NCBI GenBank assembly: GCA_964016885.1
Contig: OZ024741.1
Location: 275,404,001 to 275,468,000, forward strand
Source: Eledone cirrhosa
Taxonomy: Eukaryota
Direction: 5' to 3'
Length of the DNA: 64,000 bases
In this document: one piece after another, positions 1 to 12,590 of the stretch
Numbering within the stretch: position 1 is the stretch's first letter
Layout: each line of letters starts with the position of its first letter
The notes under the pieces: generated by a model
Seen by the model: only the letters and a program-made list of their open reading frames with translations
Told to the model about the DNA's origin: nothing
Databases searched by the model: none
Translations under genes and position numbers: made by a program

Positions 1-261
1 AAAATATACACTCCGCTATAGCATAGAGTGCTAATATTGGTACATTCCTTAGTAAACCATAAATCTACAGGATCACCTAATATATATATATATATATCAT
101 CATCATCATCATCATCGTTTAACGTCCATCTTCCATGCTAGCATGGGTTAGACAGTTTTGTTCCATTTGATGCGGGAATGGTCGGGAGACCTTGTCTCGC
201 TCGCGTGGAAGTGTCTCTGGCAGGTTTTTTTACAGCTGGATACCCTTCCTGACACCAACCA

Positions 262-292
<31 letters not shown>

Positions 293-295
293 GGA

Positions 296-520
296 GCATG
301 ACCGCTGGGTAAAGAAGTGCCAAGAAATCCTAGTAGAAGTAAGACGCAGTTGAGGAAGACCACGAAAAACATGGGCAGAGGTGGTGAGAGCAGACCACAG
401 ATCGCTGAAGCTCACGGAGGAGATGACGAAGGGCTGTGACAAGAGGAGAGATGCTGTGCTGAATAGTAACTGTCCTACCCTTGCAAGCAGGGAAAAGCAG
501 ACGTAAAATGATGATGATGA
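296..520 (+). mobile_element. 3' fragment of an RTE-type LINE (C-terminal ORF remnant, 3' UTR and (ATG)n tail)
   Basis: Translates as WVKKCQEILVEVRRS*GRPRKTWAEVVRAD, matching the RTE C-terminal GRPRKTW motif also seen near 17150. Ends in gcaagcagggaaaagcagacgtaaaa(tga)n. Confidence 0.7.
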
Positions 521-652
521 TATATATATATAGTAATAATAAATGTGAAGACTAAAAGAGGGTTCGATAAGGATTATATATGTATATATATATATATAAA
601 ATATATATATAAAAAACCAGTAGAGAAAATATTTATTATAAGTACAAATTAA

Positions 653-702
653 AGTTTAAGCAAAGAATCTGCTTTCACCTGTTTATGGGATCTTCGGAAA
701 CT
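653..702 (-). ncRNA. Type I hammerhead-like motif, family C (Penelope pLTR-like unit ~530-830)
   Basis: Minus strand reads AGTTT-CCGAAGA-TCCCATAAACAGGT-GAAAGCA-GATTCTT-TGCTT|AAACT. Stem I is AGTTT/AAACT and stem III is AGCA/TGCT. Homologous to 25328, 36555, 38412 and 47030. Confidence 0.55.
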
Positions 703-872
703 AATGCTAGTAGTAGTAGTACAAGTAGTACAAGGGTAAGAGCACTCAGTTCATAGGACCGAGTTAAGTATAATTAGTTACAACAGTGACATGTGGACTG
801 AGTGCTCTCCCCTTGGATATTTCTTATAAAACTACAGTATATATATATACTACAGTATATATATATATATAT

Positions 873-1492
873 ATAATACAAGGACGAATGGTTACTCCTT
901 CATTACGTTTATTGGTTGGTGATGCACGTTTCACTACTGATCAGCTCAAAGTTCGATCTGTATCGATCTAGCCTGACTCTGGAATCAAAAGATCGTCAGA
1001 CCTCTGTAGTAGTCATAACAGAATGATGATGAAGGTATATTTATTCTGTTATCACTACCACAGAGGTCCAACTAGCTTTTAATCCCAGAGTCAGGCTAGA
1101 TCGATACAGATCGAACCTTGAGCTGATCAGTAGTGAAACGCGCGTCACCAACCAATAAACGTAATGAAGGAGTAACCATTCGTCATTGTATTATTATATT
1201 ACACTCGGGCGGTGGTTTGGCAGTATCGGTAGAGGATCATACGCCATGCTTTCCAGCATAGTTACGTCCCTTTACGATCTGAGTTCAAATCCCACCGAGG
1301 TTGACTTTGCCTTTCATCCTTACGGGGTCGATAAAATAAAGTACCAGTAATGCACTGGGTAATTGCTGGCCTTGTGCCTAAAGTAGAAACAATTATTATA
1401 TTACACTCTGTCTAGCTCTACACCTCGATACTGATGTGAATCGAAACATCGAGTACTCACCCGGGTGAACCTACAGTAACTTGGGTTACACT

Positions 1493-1495
<3 letters not shown>
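873..1495. mobile_element. Fold-back (inverted-repeat) Penelope pLTR-like element with a SINE inserted in its tail
   Basis: Arms ~873-1024 and ~1043-1195 are reverse complements. The right arm carries GAAAC-GCGC-GTC followed by AATAAA. The tail continues to 1495 and is homologous to 40030-40178. Flanked by (TA)n on both sides. Confidence 0.7.
1207..1391 (+). mobile_element. tRNA-derived SINE (family 1, Meta-domain-like core)
   Basis: A box TGGCAGTATCGG, B box GAGTTCAAATCC, core GCCTTTCATCCTTACGGGGTCGATAAAATAAAGTACCAG, (ATT)n tail. Perfect 17-bp TSD ATTATTATATTACACTC at 1190-1206 and 1392-1408. Confidence 0.9.
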
Positions 1496-1568
<73 letters not shown>

Positions 1569-1964
1569 ATACATTTATATATACAACTCTAAAAGCCAAC
1601 AAAATATAGTAAGTACTCACTCTTCTTTGGAGGTTGGCCTTCCTGTAAAGTTTTGGATGGATAATTTACTGTGTTGTCACCAAAAATGACCTTCTTAAGA
1701 CAGCGGCGGGCATTGGTTAAATCACTTTCACAGACTCTTGGCATTATTGGATTTGGGTAGGAGATCCCGTAGACTTTCTTGGTGTACGACTCAACTAGAA
1801 AGTAGTTAAAGGAGAAATTTCTTGTTTATATATATATAATGTTAAAAGAGATAGAAGGTTAAATAATGCAAAATGGACTGTTAGATGAGGTTACAAAAAG
1901 TAAAGGTTACCTGGTAATCTTTGTTTTGTTTCGTTATTGTTGTTGTTCTTCTTCTTTTATCTGT

Positions 1965-2000
1965 CCAATATTTTGGGACCTAAAACTCCCTTCATCAGGG
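1965..2000 (-). ncRNA. Degenerate minimal hammerhead motif downstream of a GIY-YIG fragment
   Basis: Minus strand reads CC-CTGATGAA-GGGA-GTTTTAGG-TCCC-AAAAT-ATT|GG. The expected GAAA reads AAAA. Confidence 0.5.
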
Positions 2001-2199
2001 TTTAAGGAACCTTTAGTGGATAACATTCAAATTTCCTCTCTTTGGGATAAAATTTTGATTTTGATTTAAATTTTTTCTAAGTCATTTTCAAGCATTTTTT
2101 TAATGGTTATTTCACTTTCCACGTGAATGACGTCAAATGTCAATATAGTATTTCGCGGAATCAATTTTCTTTTTTGTATGAGATGCTTAGGTTGTGTGC

Positions 2200-2720
2200 C
2201 TGTGGGTGTGTCTTTTTATGTCAAGTACTGTGTGCTGAGTTCTAATCTATTATTTATTTGCGGGTTGAGTCTACGTATGAACAAGACTTCCTTAGTTCTT
2301 AAGTTGCCCACATTTCTATCACTGGCTTTAATGGTAATAGTAATATGTTGGTTGATGTTTCTACATTTGTCGATGGGTTTTTTTTTAATGTGGATGTGCG
2401 TGTGTTGAGGTGTTCTTTAATGTGAGTGTGGAGTGCTCGAGTCGGGCTACCAATGTAGAACTCCTTACATTTGTTCCATTCAATCTGATATACCATGTGT
2501 CTGCTGGTACATACCTGTATCACGGATAGGGCAGTTAGTCAGCGAGCATTGATTGTTGTTGTCTTTGGATTTCTTTTGAGACAGGTATCCATGCAGTGAA
2601 GGGCTGGAGTGTGCTAACTGTAAGCCCACTCCTTCTTTGCAGATAGCTGTGGTTATGCTTTCGCTGAAATGTGGTAATTTCATGAAGCAGATGTTAGAGG
2701 AGGTCTTGTAGATGTTGTGT
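2200..2720 (-). pseudogene. Penelope-like element ORF remnant (Cys-rich linker and GIY-YIG endonuclease), frameshifted
   Basis: QCSLTNCPIRDTG..CTSRHMVYQIEWNKCKEFYIGSPTRALHTHIKEH matches the VY-(x9-10)-YIG-x-T-R-x-L-x-x-R-x-x-EH pattern of PLE GIY-YIG nucleases. Bounded by TA-rich tracts and followed by an HHR-like motif. Confidence 0.8.
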
Positions 2721-3384
2721 CTGCAGCATATATATATTTGTATGTATGTATTATATTAGTATGTATATTTGTTTGTATGTATGTATGTTTTTAGAGGGTG
2801 GGGGGAGCGAGAGACTCCTAGTGTTCATTAAGACATCTCTTTAGGAGAAGGTCACTCTGAGATAAAACCTGCGACTTCATTTGTATCCAATGATGTAGAC
2901 CAGTTCTTCTTTTAGGGCAAATACATTTGATGTTGAGAGAGTGGGATTGGCTCTGTGCAAAGCCTTTCCTCACTCAAAAAAGCTTCAAACAAAGGTTTCA
3001 CTTGATATGTGACATTTTTTTAGATGCATGGTATGGCTGACAATAGGCAAGTCCCTAGCAGGACTAAAAAGCCATGTCCATGATGCTCACACTTAAGTAT
3101 CAAGTGATGGCATTACTTGAAATCGAGTTGCAGCCATCATCATGTATGTATGAACCTATTGGAGTTGTAAGGGCACCATAGTGACATACAGCATGTCTAG
3201 GGCATTTCAAACCTGATGGAGCCCATCGCTTTCCAGGTCTGAACACAGCTATTTCTTTCAGAAAAAGAGAGAGGGGGGGGGGGGGGTCGATCCCAATATT
3301 GATCGCTGCTTTTGAGTCCACTCTCTAGCTCTAATAGTCTATCTGTTGTATTTTTAGAACATTACTAAATTATTGAATTCCAAC

Positions 3385-3878
3385 CTTACACACTTGCACC
3401 TCTCTAAGACAATGCCACTAGACCGAGATCTTTGGCACCACGCAGTAATACAGAAGACATGCCTTGCCTATGTACAAAGCGAAACCTACAGTCAGTAGAC
3501 ACCTCTTAACCAAATATACACCCAACCCACTACCCCTACTCCATCCTCCCACTCCCACCAACACCACCCTTTCGATGTAAAGTTATGGTGGTACCACAAC
3601 ATCCAGTCCAAACTAATGAGGTCGTGTAGGTGTCACGACAAAAAACACACAGTCCACACTGTAATGTGGCCATGTAGGTAATACGGTAAAAAGCTCCCAG
3701 TCCACACTGTAAATGTGGTTGGTGTTGGGAAGGGCATCCAGCCGTAGAAAACCTTCCAGATAGTCCTATATGAGTGAGACACGGTCACCTGACCAATCTT
3801 GCCTCAAGTGGGATAATTCCCGTCTAACCCATGCTAGCGTGGAAGATAGACGTTAAACGATGATGATGATGATGATGA
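3385..3878 (+). mobile_element. 3' end of RTE-type LINE (same family as 16680-18222)
   Basis: Highly similar to 17185-17440 and 18030-18222. Ends in cccatgctagcgtggaagatagacgttaaac(gat)n. Confidence 0.75.
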
Positions 3879-4380
3879 TAAACATTTTAAAATAAGCAGC
3901 TTTGTATCTTCTTTGTATCAGGGCAGTTTTTGGCAGTTTGGTACCACAAGGGTGAAAAAATATCTCATTTTTAGGTTTGCCTGTATATTTGGAATTCTTT
4001 CTCTAATTCAATAATAGATTCAGCTGTGAGAACTGGGTCATCAACATAGAGAAGTTTCCACAACATCCAGTCTTAAACTCTTCTATTATAGACGAAAGAA
4101 ATATTATATAGAGAGGGGAGCTGAGAACTAACTACTAATAGACACCTGAACTCATTGTTAACTCACATTCTCCTGACATCATCTCTGTACATGGCTTGTA
4201 CAACTCTCACAGGTCATTCATTTACAATTACTTCTCTTAGTGACTAATAGACTACAATGTTTGTAAATCTGTTAAACTTTTCATCACCATATTTCTAATC
4301 AAATACTTTCTATTTCAGTTAATTAGTGAAGAATTTTGTAGGATTTACTAAAATTTTCAATTATTTCATTACAAACTTAG

Positions 4381-4418
<38 letters not shown>

Positions 4419-4674
4419 TCCTTGAGCAAGACACTTTATTTCACATTGCTCCAGTTTACTCAGCTGTAGAAATGAGATGATAGGGACTGGGGTCCATATC
4501 ATTTCACTGCAAAGTGGTCGTGGAGGTGCCACGGCAAAAATTCACCTAGCACTCACTGTAAATGAGGTTGGTGTTAGGAAGGGCATCCAGCTGTAGAAAT
4601 CAAGCCAGAATCAGTTCCCGTCCCACCCTTGCAAGCAGGGAAAAAGCGAACGTAAAATGAAATGATGATGATGA

Positions 4675-4727
<53 letters not shown>

Positions 4728-4744
4728 AAATTATATATATATAC

Positions 4745-5090
4745 TTTGTTTTTGATTTTGTTTTGCAAGATTTCTTATCTGAAAACGTGTATTGAAACAG
4801 CTATTGTTATACTTTGGGAGGGTCATGTTGCCAATAAAAACACACGCACCTGTTGGTTTTCACATCAATTTATTATAAATTTCTGGTTGGAAACAATATA
4901 TAAACAACCAGAACAATGTAGTCTCTCGGGAGTTCACAGAATGTGTGACAAAATAGCTTTGACAATATATAAACAACCTTCCATTTATCGAATCAACCAA
5001 CCGACTGGAAATTTATAATAAATTGAAGTGAAAACCAACTGCTGCGTGTATTTTTATTGGTAGTATGACCCTCCCAAAGTATAACAATAT
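4745..5090. mobile_element. Fold-back pLTR-like element, family E
   Basis: Arms ~4803-4887 and ~5003-5089 are inverted. Degenerate HHR-like TAT-CTGAAAA-CGTGTATT-GAAAC-AGCTATT-GTT|ATA at ~4786-4821. Further copies at ~12030-12235 and ~42518-42740. Confidence 0.6.
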
Positions 5091-5091
5091 A

Positions 5092-5463
5092 TGGCTTAGT
5101 GGTTAGAACATTGGCCTTGCAATCGAAAGGTTGTGAGTTCAATTCTCAGACCGGGTGATGTGTTGTTTCCTTGAGCAAGACACTTTATTTCACATTGCTC
5201 CAGTTTACTCAGCTGTAGAAATGAGATGATAGGACTGGAGTCCCTATCATTCCACTGCAAAGTGGTCGTGGAGGTGCCACGGAAAAAAAAGCACCCAGCC
5301 CACACTATAAAGTGGATGTGTAAGTGCCACGGAAGAAAAGCACCCAGCACTCACTGTAAATGAGGTTGGTGTTAGGAAGGGCATCCAGCTGTAGAAATCA
5401 AGCCAGAATCAGTTCCCGTCCCACCCTTGCAAGCAGGGAAAAGCGGACGTAAAATGATGATGA
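5092..5463 (+). mobile_element. tRNA-derived SINE (family 2) with RTE-LINE-like 3' tail
   Basis: A box TGGCTTAGTGG, B box GAGTTCAATTC, central TCCTTGAGCAAGACACTT domain, tail shared with RTE 3' ends. Other copies at 4412-4677 (truncated), 12725-13006(-), 26564-26885(-), 52930-53252(-) and 44720-44850. Confidence 0.85.
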
Positions 5464-5538
5464 TATATATATATATAATTTATCAAATAATAATACAATC
5501 ATCAGGTTATATTATTATTTATTATTCATACTCTGTCA

Positions 5539-5745
5539 GGGCGGTAGATTATCAGTATCGGTAGAGCGTTGGATACCATGCTTTGTGGCATAGAGTTATA
5601 GTCCTTTAAGTTCTGAGTTAAAATACTGCCTAGAAAAGCTTTGCCTTTCATCCTTACTGAGTCAATAACATAAAGCACCAGTAATGTACTGGAGTCAATC
5701 GACTCCCCCCAAAAAAAGCTGGCCTTGTGCCTAAATCAGAGACCA
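5539..5745 (+). mobile_element. SINE family 1 copy (an inverted partial copy follows at ~5795-5945)
   Basis: Same head, core and tail as 1207-1391. Confidence 0.8.
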
Positions 5746-6339
5746 TTATTCATGCTCTGTGATTTTACATTCATATAATTTTAATAATAATAATAATTGT
5801 TTCTGCTTTTGGCACAAGGCCAGCAATTACCCAGTACATTACTGGTACTTTATTTTAGCGACCCCGTAAGGATGAAAGGCAAAGTTAACCTCAGCGGGAT
5901 TTGAACTCAGTCCGTAAAGGGATGTAACGATATTGCCAATCCACAATGAAAATTATTGTGTACAATGCTCAGGTTCATTACAACTCATCAAAGGTGCATG
6001 TATAGTGCATAGAATAATGTACAAATGTCTGGAAAGTGAACATGATATACATAGACATACATGTGTGCATATGGAGGGGGAATATGAGGTGTAGTGTTGG
6101 TGAATTTTAGGAAGCATGGAAGTTTTGAAGGATGCAGTTTCCTGACAACTAACAACTGATGCAGGTAGTTTGTTCCATGCTTCAGCAACTATGACTGAAA
6201 AAATGTTTCTGAAAGTCATGGGAGCTGTACAGTTTTCTGAGGAAGTACACCTTGGATGAATTTGTTCTAGATATTTGCTGATTTTACAAATCTCAACAAA
6301 GTTATTCTTTCAAATTATTAAACGAATATATATATATAT

Positions 6340-6866
6340 AAAATAAGTAAGTCAAACATGTAAAATTTGGCTTTGTTTATTAAAAAATCTCTGCTATATA
6401 TATTTCGGTGACAGCTATTATTGGCTGTGACCTCTTCAGGCAGTCCGAATTACTGTGGAAAAGATAGGTACACATGTTGTTGAAGTGTGTTCCACTCTGT
6501 CAATACATCGATATGTCCAGCTTCTGGGTGTGTTGTTAGTCCTCAAAGATATGATTCCAGTTCCTCGGAGGACTAACAACACAACCAGGAGCTGGACATA
6601 TCGATGTATTGACAGAGTGGAACACACTTCAACAATATGTTTGCCTTTCTTTTCCACACAAATTCAAACTGCTTGAAGAGGCCACAGCCAATAATAGCTG
6701 TCACCGAAATATATATAGCAGATATTTTATAATAAACGAAGCCAAATTTTACATGTTAGACTTACTTATTTTACATTACTTCGGAGTAAACAAACCAACC
6801 TGCGTACTTCGTCGAGTGCTCCAATCTGCATACTGAGGTGTCGGTAAACAACCAGCATATACTCAA
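6340..6866. mobile_element. Fold-back pLTR-like element carrying two opposed hammerheads
   Basis: Inverted arms of ~205 bp (6340-6544 and 6568-6772), ~23-nt spacer, ~95-bp one-sided extension, (TA)n on both flanks. Confidence 0.85.
6391..6443 (-). ncRNA. Type I hammerhead ribozyme (canonical core)
   Basis: CTGC-CTGAAGA-GGTCACAGC-CAATAATA-GCTGTCACC-GAAAT-ATAT-ATA|GCAG. Stem I is CTGC/GCAG, stem II pairs 8 of 9, stem III is palindromic, and AATAAA follows. The plus-strand twin at 6669-6721 has a TTGAAGA core. Confidence 0.85.
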
Positions 6867-6922
6867 TATATATATATTTATATATTATTTAATTGTAAAA
6901 AAAAAAAAATGTCTCTACTTAC

Positions 6923-6938
6923 ATGATGTTCCTTTGAT
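6923..6938 (-). other. Candidate 16-nt micro-exon of a host gene
   Basis: Minus strand reads ttgttattttgtgttatttcag|ATCAAAGGAACATCAT|gtaagt, a strong acceptor and a perfect donor. Confidence 0.35.
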
Positions 6939-7089
6939 CTGAAATAACACAAAATAACAATTTATTAAAACATACCATAAAAAATAGTCCAGACTAAAAC
7001 ATCAAATTAGTAAACTGGATAGTAATTTTAATAAACGAATACTACATGTGAACTGCTACTTTCTTTGAGAATAGAAATATCCCTTGTTT

Positions 7090-7770
7090 ATTTCACAACA
7101 TATATAAAGGTGGCCCTGGAATATGGATGTATATTTTACATGTGGCCCCAGAATATGGATATATATTATATTTTACAACATATATAAAAGTGGCCCTGGA
7201 ATATGGATCTATATTTTACAACATATTTAAGGGTGGCTCCGGAATATGGATCTATATTTTATAAATATATTTATTTAAATGTGGCCCCAGAATATGGATG
7301 TATAATATATTTTACAACATATTTAAAGTGGCCCTGTAATATTGCTGTATATTATATTTTACAACATATTTAAATGTAGCCCCGGAATATGGATGTATAT
7401 TATATTTTACAACATATTTAATTTAAAGGTGGCTCTGGATATGGATGTATATTTTAACAATATATTTGAAGGTGGTCCTGTAATATGAATGTATATTTTA
7501 TTTTTCAGCATATTTAAAGGTGGCCCCATAATATGGATATATATTATATTTTACAAAACATTCAAAGGTGGCCCTGGAATATGGATGTATATTTTACAAC
7601 ATATTTAAAGGTGGCCCTGAAATATGGATGTTTATTTTTAACATATTTAATTTAAAGGTGGCCCTGGAAAATGGATGTATATTTTACAACATATTTAAAG
7701 GTGGCCCTGAAATATGGATGTTTATTTTTAACATATTTAATTTAAAGGTGGCCCTGGAAAATGGATATAA
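7090..7770. repeat. Minisatellite, ~40-48 bp unit AAGGTGGCCCTGGAATATGGATGTATATTTTACAACATATTTA
   Basis: About 15 diverged tandem copies visible directly. Confidence 0.9.
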
Positions 7771-8288
7771 ACATCATCAATGTTAAATAGTGATTATATT
7801 TGTTTGTTATCCATTTTTGAATAGAGAATGGTTTGTATTATATTCTTTTATATTCCTACATTCTTTTATTCTGTTACCAGTTTTGGCTATTAGACTGTGG
7901 CCAGGCTGGGACACTGCCTTGAAGGGAACATTTCAGTCAATTATATCAACCCAAATGCTTTTTTTTTTTTTTTACAAATCTGGTATTTACTTTATCGATC
8001 TCTTTTAATCCAACATCTAAGTCAGTAAGTTAACCCTTTAGCATTTAAACTGGCCATATCCGGCCAGAATTCTCTCACCTCTTTCTGTTCAAACCAACCA
8101 TAACTGACTGCTTATATTTATGTTAAGGTATTGTTCTCAAAATAAATAATATCAAAATCTTGTAGATTCGATATCATGTGAGATATTATGTGAGATAAAG
8201 TGTTTACCACAAAAATATGATAGTAAATATAGAGTAATGTGTATACTAAAGGGTTAAAAGACATAAACAGAGACAGAAAAGAATTTAC

Positions 8289-8646
8289 CAGTGATGCTGG
8301 TGTTGGTTCTTCTTCTTCTTCTGATGATGGTACTTTTGGTGTTGGCAGTGGTGGTCGTGATTGTGGTGAAGGTACTTTTGATGTCAGTTGTTGTGGTAGT
8401 GGTGGTGGAGCTGGTGGGGTTGGTATTTTTGCTGATGTCACCTCCCCCACAGTTGGTTCCTGTACTGTTGTTAGTGATGATGGTGGTGGTAGTAATGGTG
8501 ATGATGATGGTGGTAGTCGTTGTCGAACCTCTTGTATCTCTATCTCTGGTGATGGTACTTCCGGTATTGCTATTTGGGATATCGTTACTGGTAGAGATAA
8601 CCGTCTCCGTGGTGATGGTGGTTGTGATGGGTCAAAACCTTCCATC
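8289..8646 (-). CDS. Candidate internal coding exon, Pro/Ser/Glu-rich disordered segment (MEGFDPSQPPSPRRRLSLP...EEEEEPTPASL)
   Basis: Unique sequence with a T-rich tract and AAG acceptor at 8647 and a GTAAAT donor at 8288. Only one minus-strand frame is open across it. No recognisable domain. Confidence 0.5.
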
Positions 8647-9340
8647 CTTTTGTAAATACAAATAGAAGAACCAGAAATATTTAAGCACAAACATTGAACA
8701 TTACACGAAGAAAACACCCCCACACACACACATATACACACACATACACATATATACACATGCATACAGACATATACATATACATACACACACATACATA
8801 TACTCATACGCACTCACATACATACATATAGGCATACATGCATATAGGCATGTACACATACACACATACACATGCACATATAGACATACACACATATAGA
8901 CATATACACATACACACTCACACATGCACATACATGTACATATACGCATACACACTCACATACATACACATACACATATACACATATATACATATACACA
9001 TACATACACATACACATATACACATACACATCACACATACATACCCACACATACACATACACACACACACATTCACACACTCACACACATACATTCACAC
9101 ACACATGCATGCACATACACCACACACACACATATACATACACACACACAGTTTTATAAGTTTCAACAGGTATAGACTGTGTTGGACTGACTTGCTATAG
9201 ATAATCTAATTATAAAGATAATATTTGAAGTATTAGAGGCAGAGTTGGATTAATTCAACTAGGGTCCCTCAGTTAGAGAACATTTGGGGCCAACAAACTC
9301 CCATCTAACCTATGCTAGTGTGGAAGATATACGTTTAAAC

Positions 9341-9399
<59 letters not shown>

Positions 9400-10407
9400 C
9401 TTAGATCAATGCTGAGATTTCAGCAACAACCAAAGGGCCTTGGGTTAAAGAACATTTGGGTTCCCCAATACCAGTTCAGAAAATATACTAAATGTGGTAG
9501 TATGAAACTCTCAGGAAAGCTGAACAGCAGAAAGTCTTCAGAGAAGAAACACCCCTCAAGTAAGTGTTTTGGCCCTTAATGCTGAGATTCCAGCATCAAC
9601 CAAAGAGCCTTGGATTGAGAATATTTGGGTTCCCCAATTTCAGCTTGGAAAAAATACTAAATGAAAATTAAAAGTAGATTACACATAGAATGACAACATC
9701 AATCCACCTTTAAAACAGAGGGGACACCACAAGTCAGGGCCAGATTAATGCAACTAGTAGTCTTGGGCTAGAGAACATTTTGTTCCTCAAACATCAGTTC
9801 CCAAAAACTTAATGAAAATTAAAAGTAGCTGAATGGTAGTCCTACAATATATAAGTATGTTGAGATTCCAGCAAAATATTAGGGCAAAGAATATTCGCGT
9901 CACCAATATCAGCTCATAAAAATACTAAATGTGGTCATATGAAACTCTCAGGAAAGTTGAACAGCAGAAGGTCTTTAGAGAAGAAACACCCCTCAAGCGA
10001 GTGCTGCAATTCCAGCATCAACCAAGGGACCTTGGCTAGAAAACCTTTGGGTCCCTCCAAAATACTAAATGAAAATTAAACATATATGAATGTAGTCCTA
10101 CAATATAGAAGGATATTAAGGTTCTAGTATCAATCCATGTTAACCTCTAAAACAGAAGTGACAACTAAAGAAAAAGAAATATAATTAATAACAAAATACA
10201 TGACAATTTCACTTCTGCACTCAATAATGACTGTACATAAGCTATATACAGACCTCCCTGGCCAGTCTGGGATGTCTATGGCCCCACTTCACTACTGACT
10301 TGGTCTATGTAGACCTTGCTAGCAGGTCTATGGCCCTACTTCACTACTGACTTGGTCTGTGATGATGATGATGATGATGATGGTGGTGATGGTGATGGTG
10401 GTGGTGG

Positions 10408-10456
<49 letters not shown>

Positions 10457-10479
10457 CTAAATTTGTACAAAAATATTGC

Positions 10480-11650
10480 GTTTCATATCCATATATTTTA
10501 ATAGATATTTTAATATACATTTTAATATATATTTTATATATGTTAATATATATATATATATATATGAATACATATTTAATCCATATATTTTAATACATAT
10601 TTTACATATTTTAATATATATATTAATACATTTATTAACACGTTTTAATATATATTCTAATACATATTCTAACAGATTTAATACGTATTCTAACACATTT
10701 AATACATATTCTAATATATATATTAACACATATTTAATACATATTTTGATATTATTTTAATACATATGTTAATACTAGCATTAACACATGTTTTAATATA
10801 TATTCTAATACATATTTTAACACATTTAATACATATTATATAAATTAATCCATATTTTAATACATATTATAAATATTAATACATATTTTAATATATATTA
10901 ATATATATTTAATACATATATTAATACATATTTTAACATATATTAATATATATTTAATACATATATTAATACATATTTTAATACATATATTAATACATAT
11001 ATTAATACATATATTAATACATATTTTAATATATAATACATTTAATACATATTATATATATTAATATATATTTTAATACATATTATATATATTAATACAT
11101 ATTTTAACATATATTAATATATATTTAATAGATATATTAATACATATTTTAATACACATATTAATACATATATTAATACATATTTTAATATATAATACAT
11201 TTAATACATATTATATATATTAATATATATTTTAATACATATTATATATATTAATACATATTTTAACATATGTTAATATATATTTAATAGATATATTAAT
11301 ACATATTTTAATACATATATTAATACATATATTAATACATATTTTAATATATAATACATTTAATACATATTATATATATTAATATATATTAATACATATT
11401 TTAACATATATTAATATATATTTAATACATATATTAATACATATTTTAATACATATATTAATACATATATTAATACATATTTTAATATATAACACATTTA
11501 ATACATATATATATTAATACATATTTTAATACATATTATATATATTAATACATATTTTAACATATGTTAATATATATTTAATACATATATTAATACATAT
11601 TTTAATACATATATTAATACATATATTAATACATATTTTAATATATATTT
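10480..11650. repeat. Extremely AT-rich minisatellite built from TAATACATAT(A/T)T units
   Basis: Direct inspection shows ~12-bp subunits with larger duplicated blocks. Confidence 0.9.
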
Positions 11651-12399
11651 AAAACTGGACAACGTTCTAGGATTTCAGTAAAGAAAGAAGAAATGGGTTT
11701 AATAAGAATGATACTATATCATCTTTCATATCTACATTATGAAGTCCTGGAGGGTGGTGGATTGGCAGTATCAGTAGAGGGTCGGACACCATGCTTTGAC
11801 GCACAGAGTTGCCGCCCTTGCCATTCTGAGTTCAAATGACGTCGGGTCGATAAAATAAAGTACCAGTAATGCACTGGTTATTTGCTGGCCTTGTGCCAAA
11901 AGTAGAAACAATTAGAAGTCCTGGGTTATATATCAAGAACTGATTAGAGGGGGATAACTCTCACTCCATAAAGAAAATTGTTGTTTGCTTTCCACTAAAG
12001 GGAGATAACAACTTTTCGTTTCTGAATTTGTTTAGCAAGATTCTTTATCTGAAAACGTGTGTTCAAACCGATATTGTTATACTTTGGGAGGGTCATGTTA
12101 CCAATAAGAAACACACGCACCAGTTGATTTCACTTCAATTTATTATAATAAATTTATAAATTTAGGAATTTATAAATTTCCAGATGGTTGTTTATATATT
12201 GTCAAAGTTCTTTCGTCACACATAACAACTATTTCCTGTCTATGTAATTGACCAAGTATGAAAACAAAATAAGAGATTGTGAGAAACCTTTATGTGATGC
12301 ATGCTGGGAAAAATCTGAGCAGGCCTATTTCTACATCTTATTGTATTATAAACACACGCACACATGCACACACTCACACACATATATGTAATATGTAGA

Positions 12400-12590
12400 T
12401 TCTTGAGTTGTGTCGGTGGGGGTGGGGGGTGTAACCACAATTAAAAAGGTACTTAATACATTGGTAGTGTTTAGGCATTTTTTATTTTATATAGAAATGA
12501 CTTCTACAGGGCTAGAACTATTTCATTCAGATGATTTCATATGAATGAAATAGTTCTAGTACTGTAGAAGTAATTTCTATATAAAATAAT
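12400..12590. mobile_element. Short fold-back element, family B
   Basis: Palindrome ~12483-12589 (TATATAGAAATGACTTCTACAG...CTGTAGAAGTAATTTCTATATA) plus a left extension. Both parts are homologous to 20095-20287. Confidence 0.7.

Noticed and set aside
1424-1458. Second HHR-like string CTGATGT-GAATC-GAAAC-ATCGA-GTA (homologue at ~40105)
   Set aside because: A9 is replaced by U in both copies and no stem I forms around a cleavage triplet; better explained as a simple CTCGAT/ATCGAG hairpin.
4161-4220. Apparent minus-strand exon with GTGAGT donor
   Set aside because: Translates as RVVQAMYRDDV, which resembles a LINE reverse-transcriptase segment; likely a TE relic.
5092-5155. tRNA genes suggested by A/B boxes
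   Set aside because: These are SINE heads: no complete cloverleaf, and they continue into conserved SINE bodies in multiple copies.
6436-6676. Pairs of near-identical ORFs on opposite strands (also 29840/29953)
   Set aside because: By-product of the inverted repeats; no coding signature.
8239-8665. Plus-strand Gly/Ser/Asp-rich and Val-rich ORFs
   Set aside because: Antisense shadows of the Pro-rich minus-strand candidate exon, which has the splice signals.
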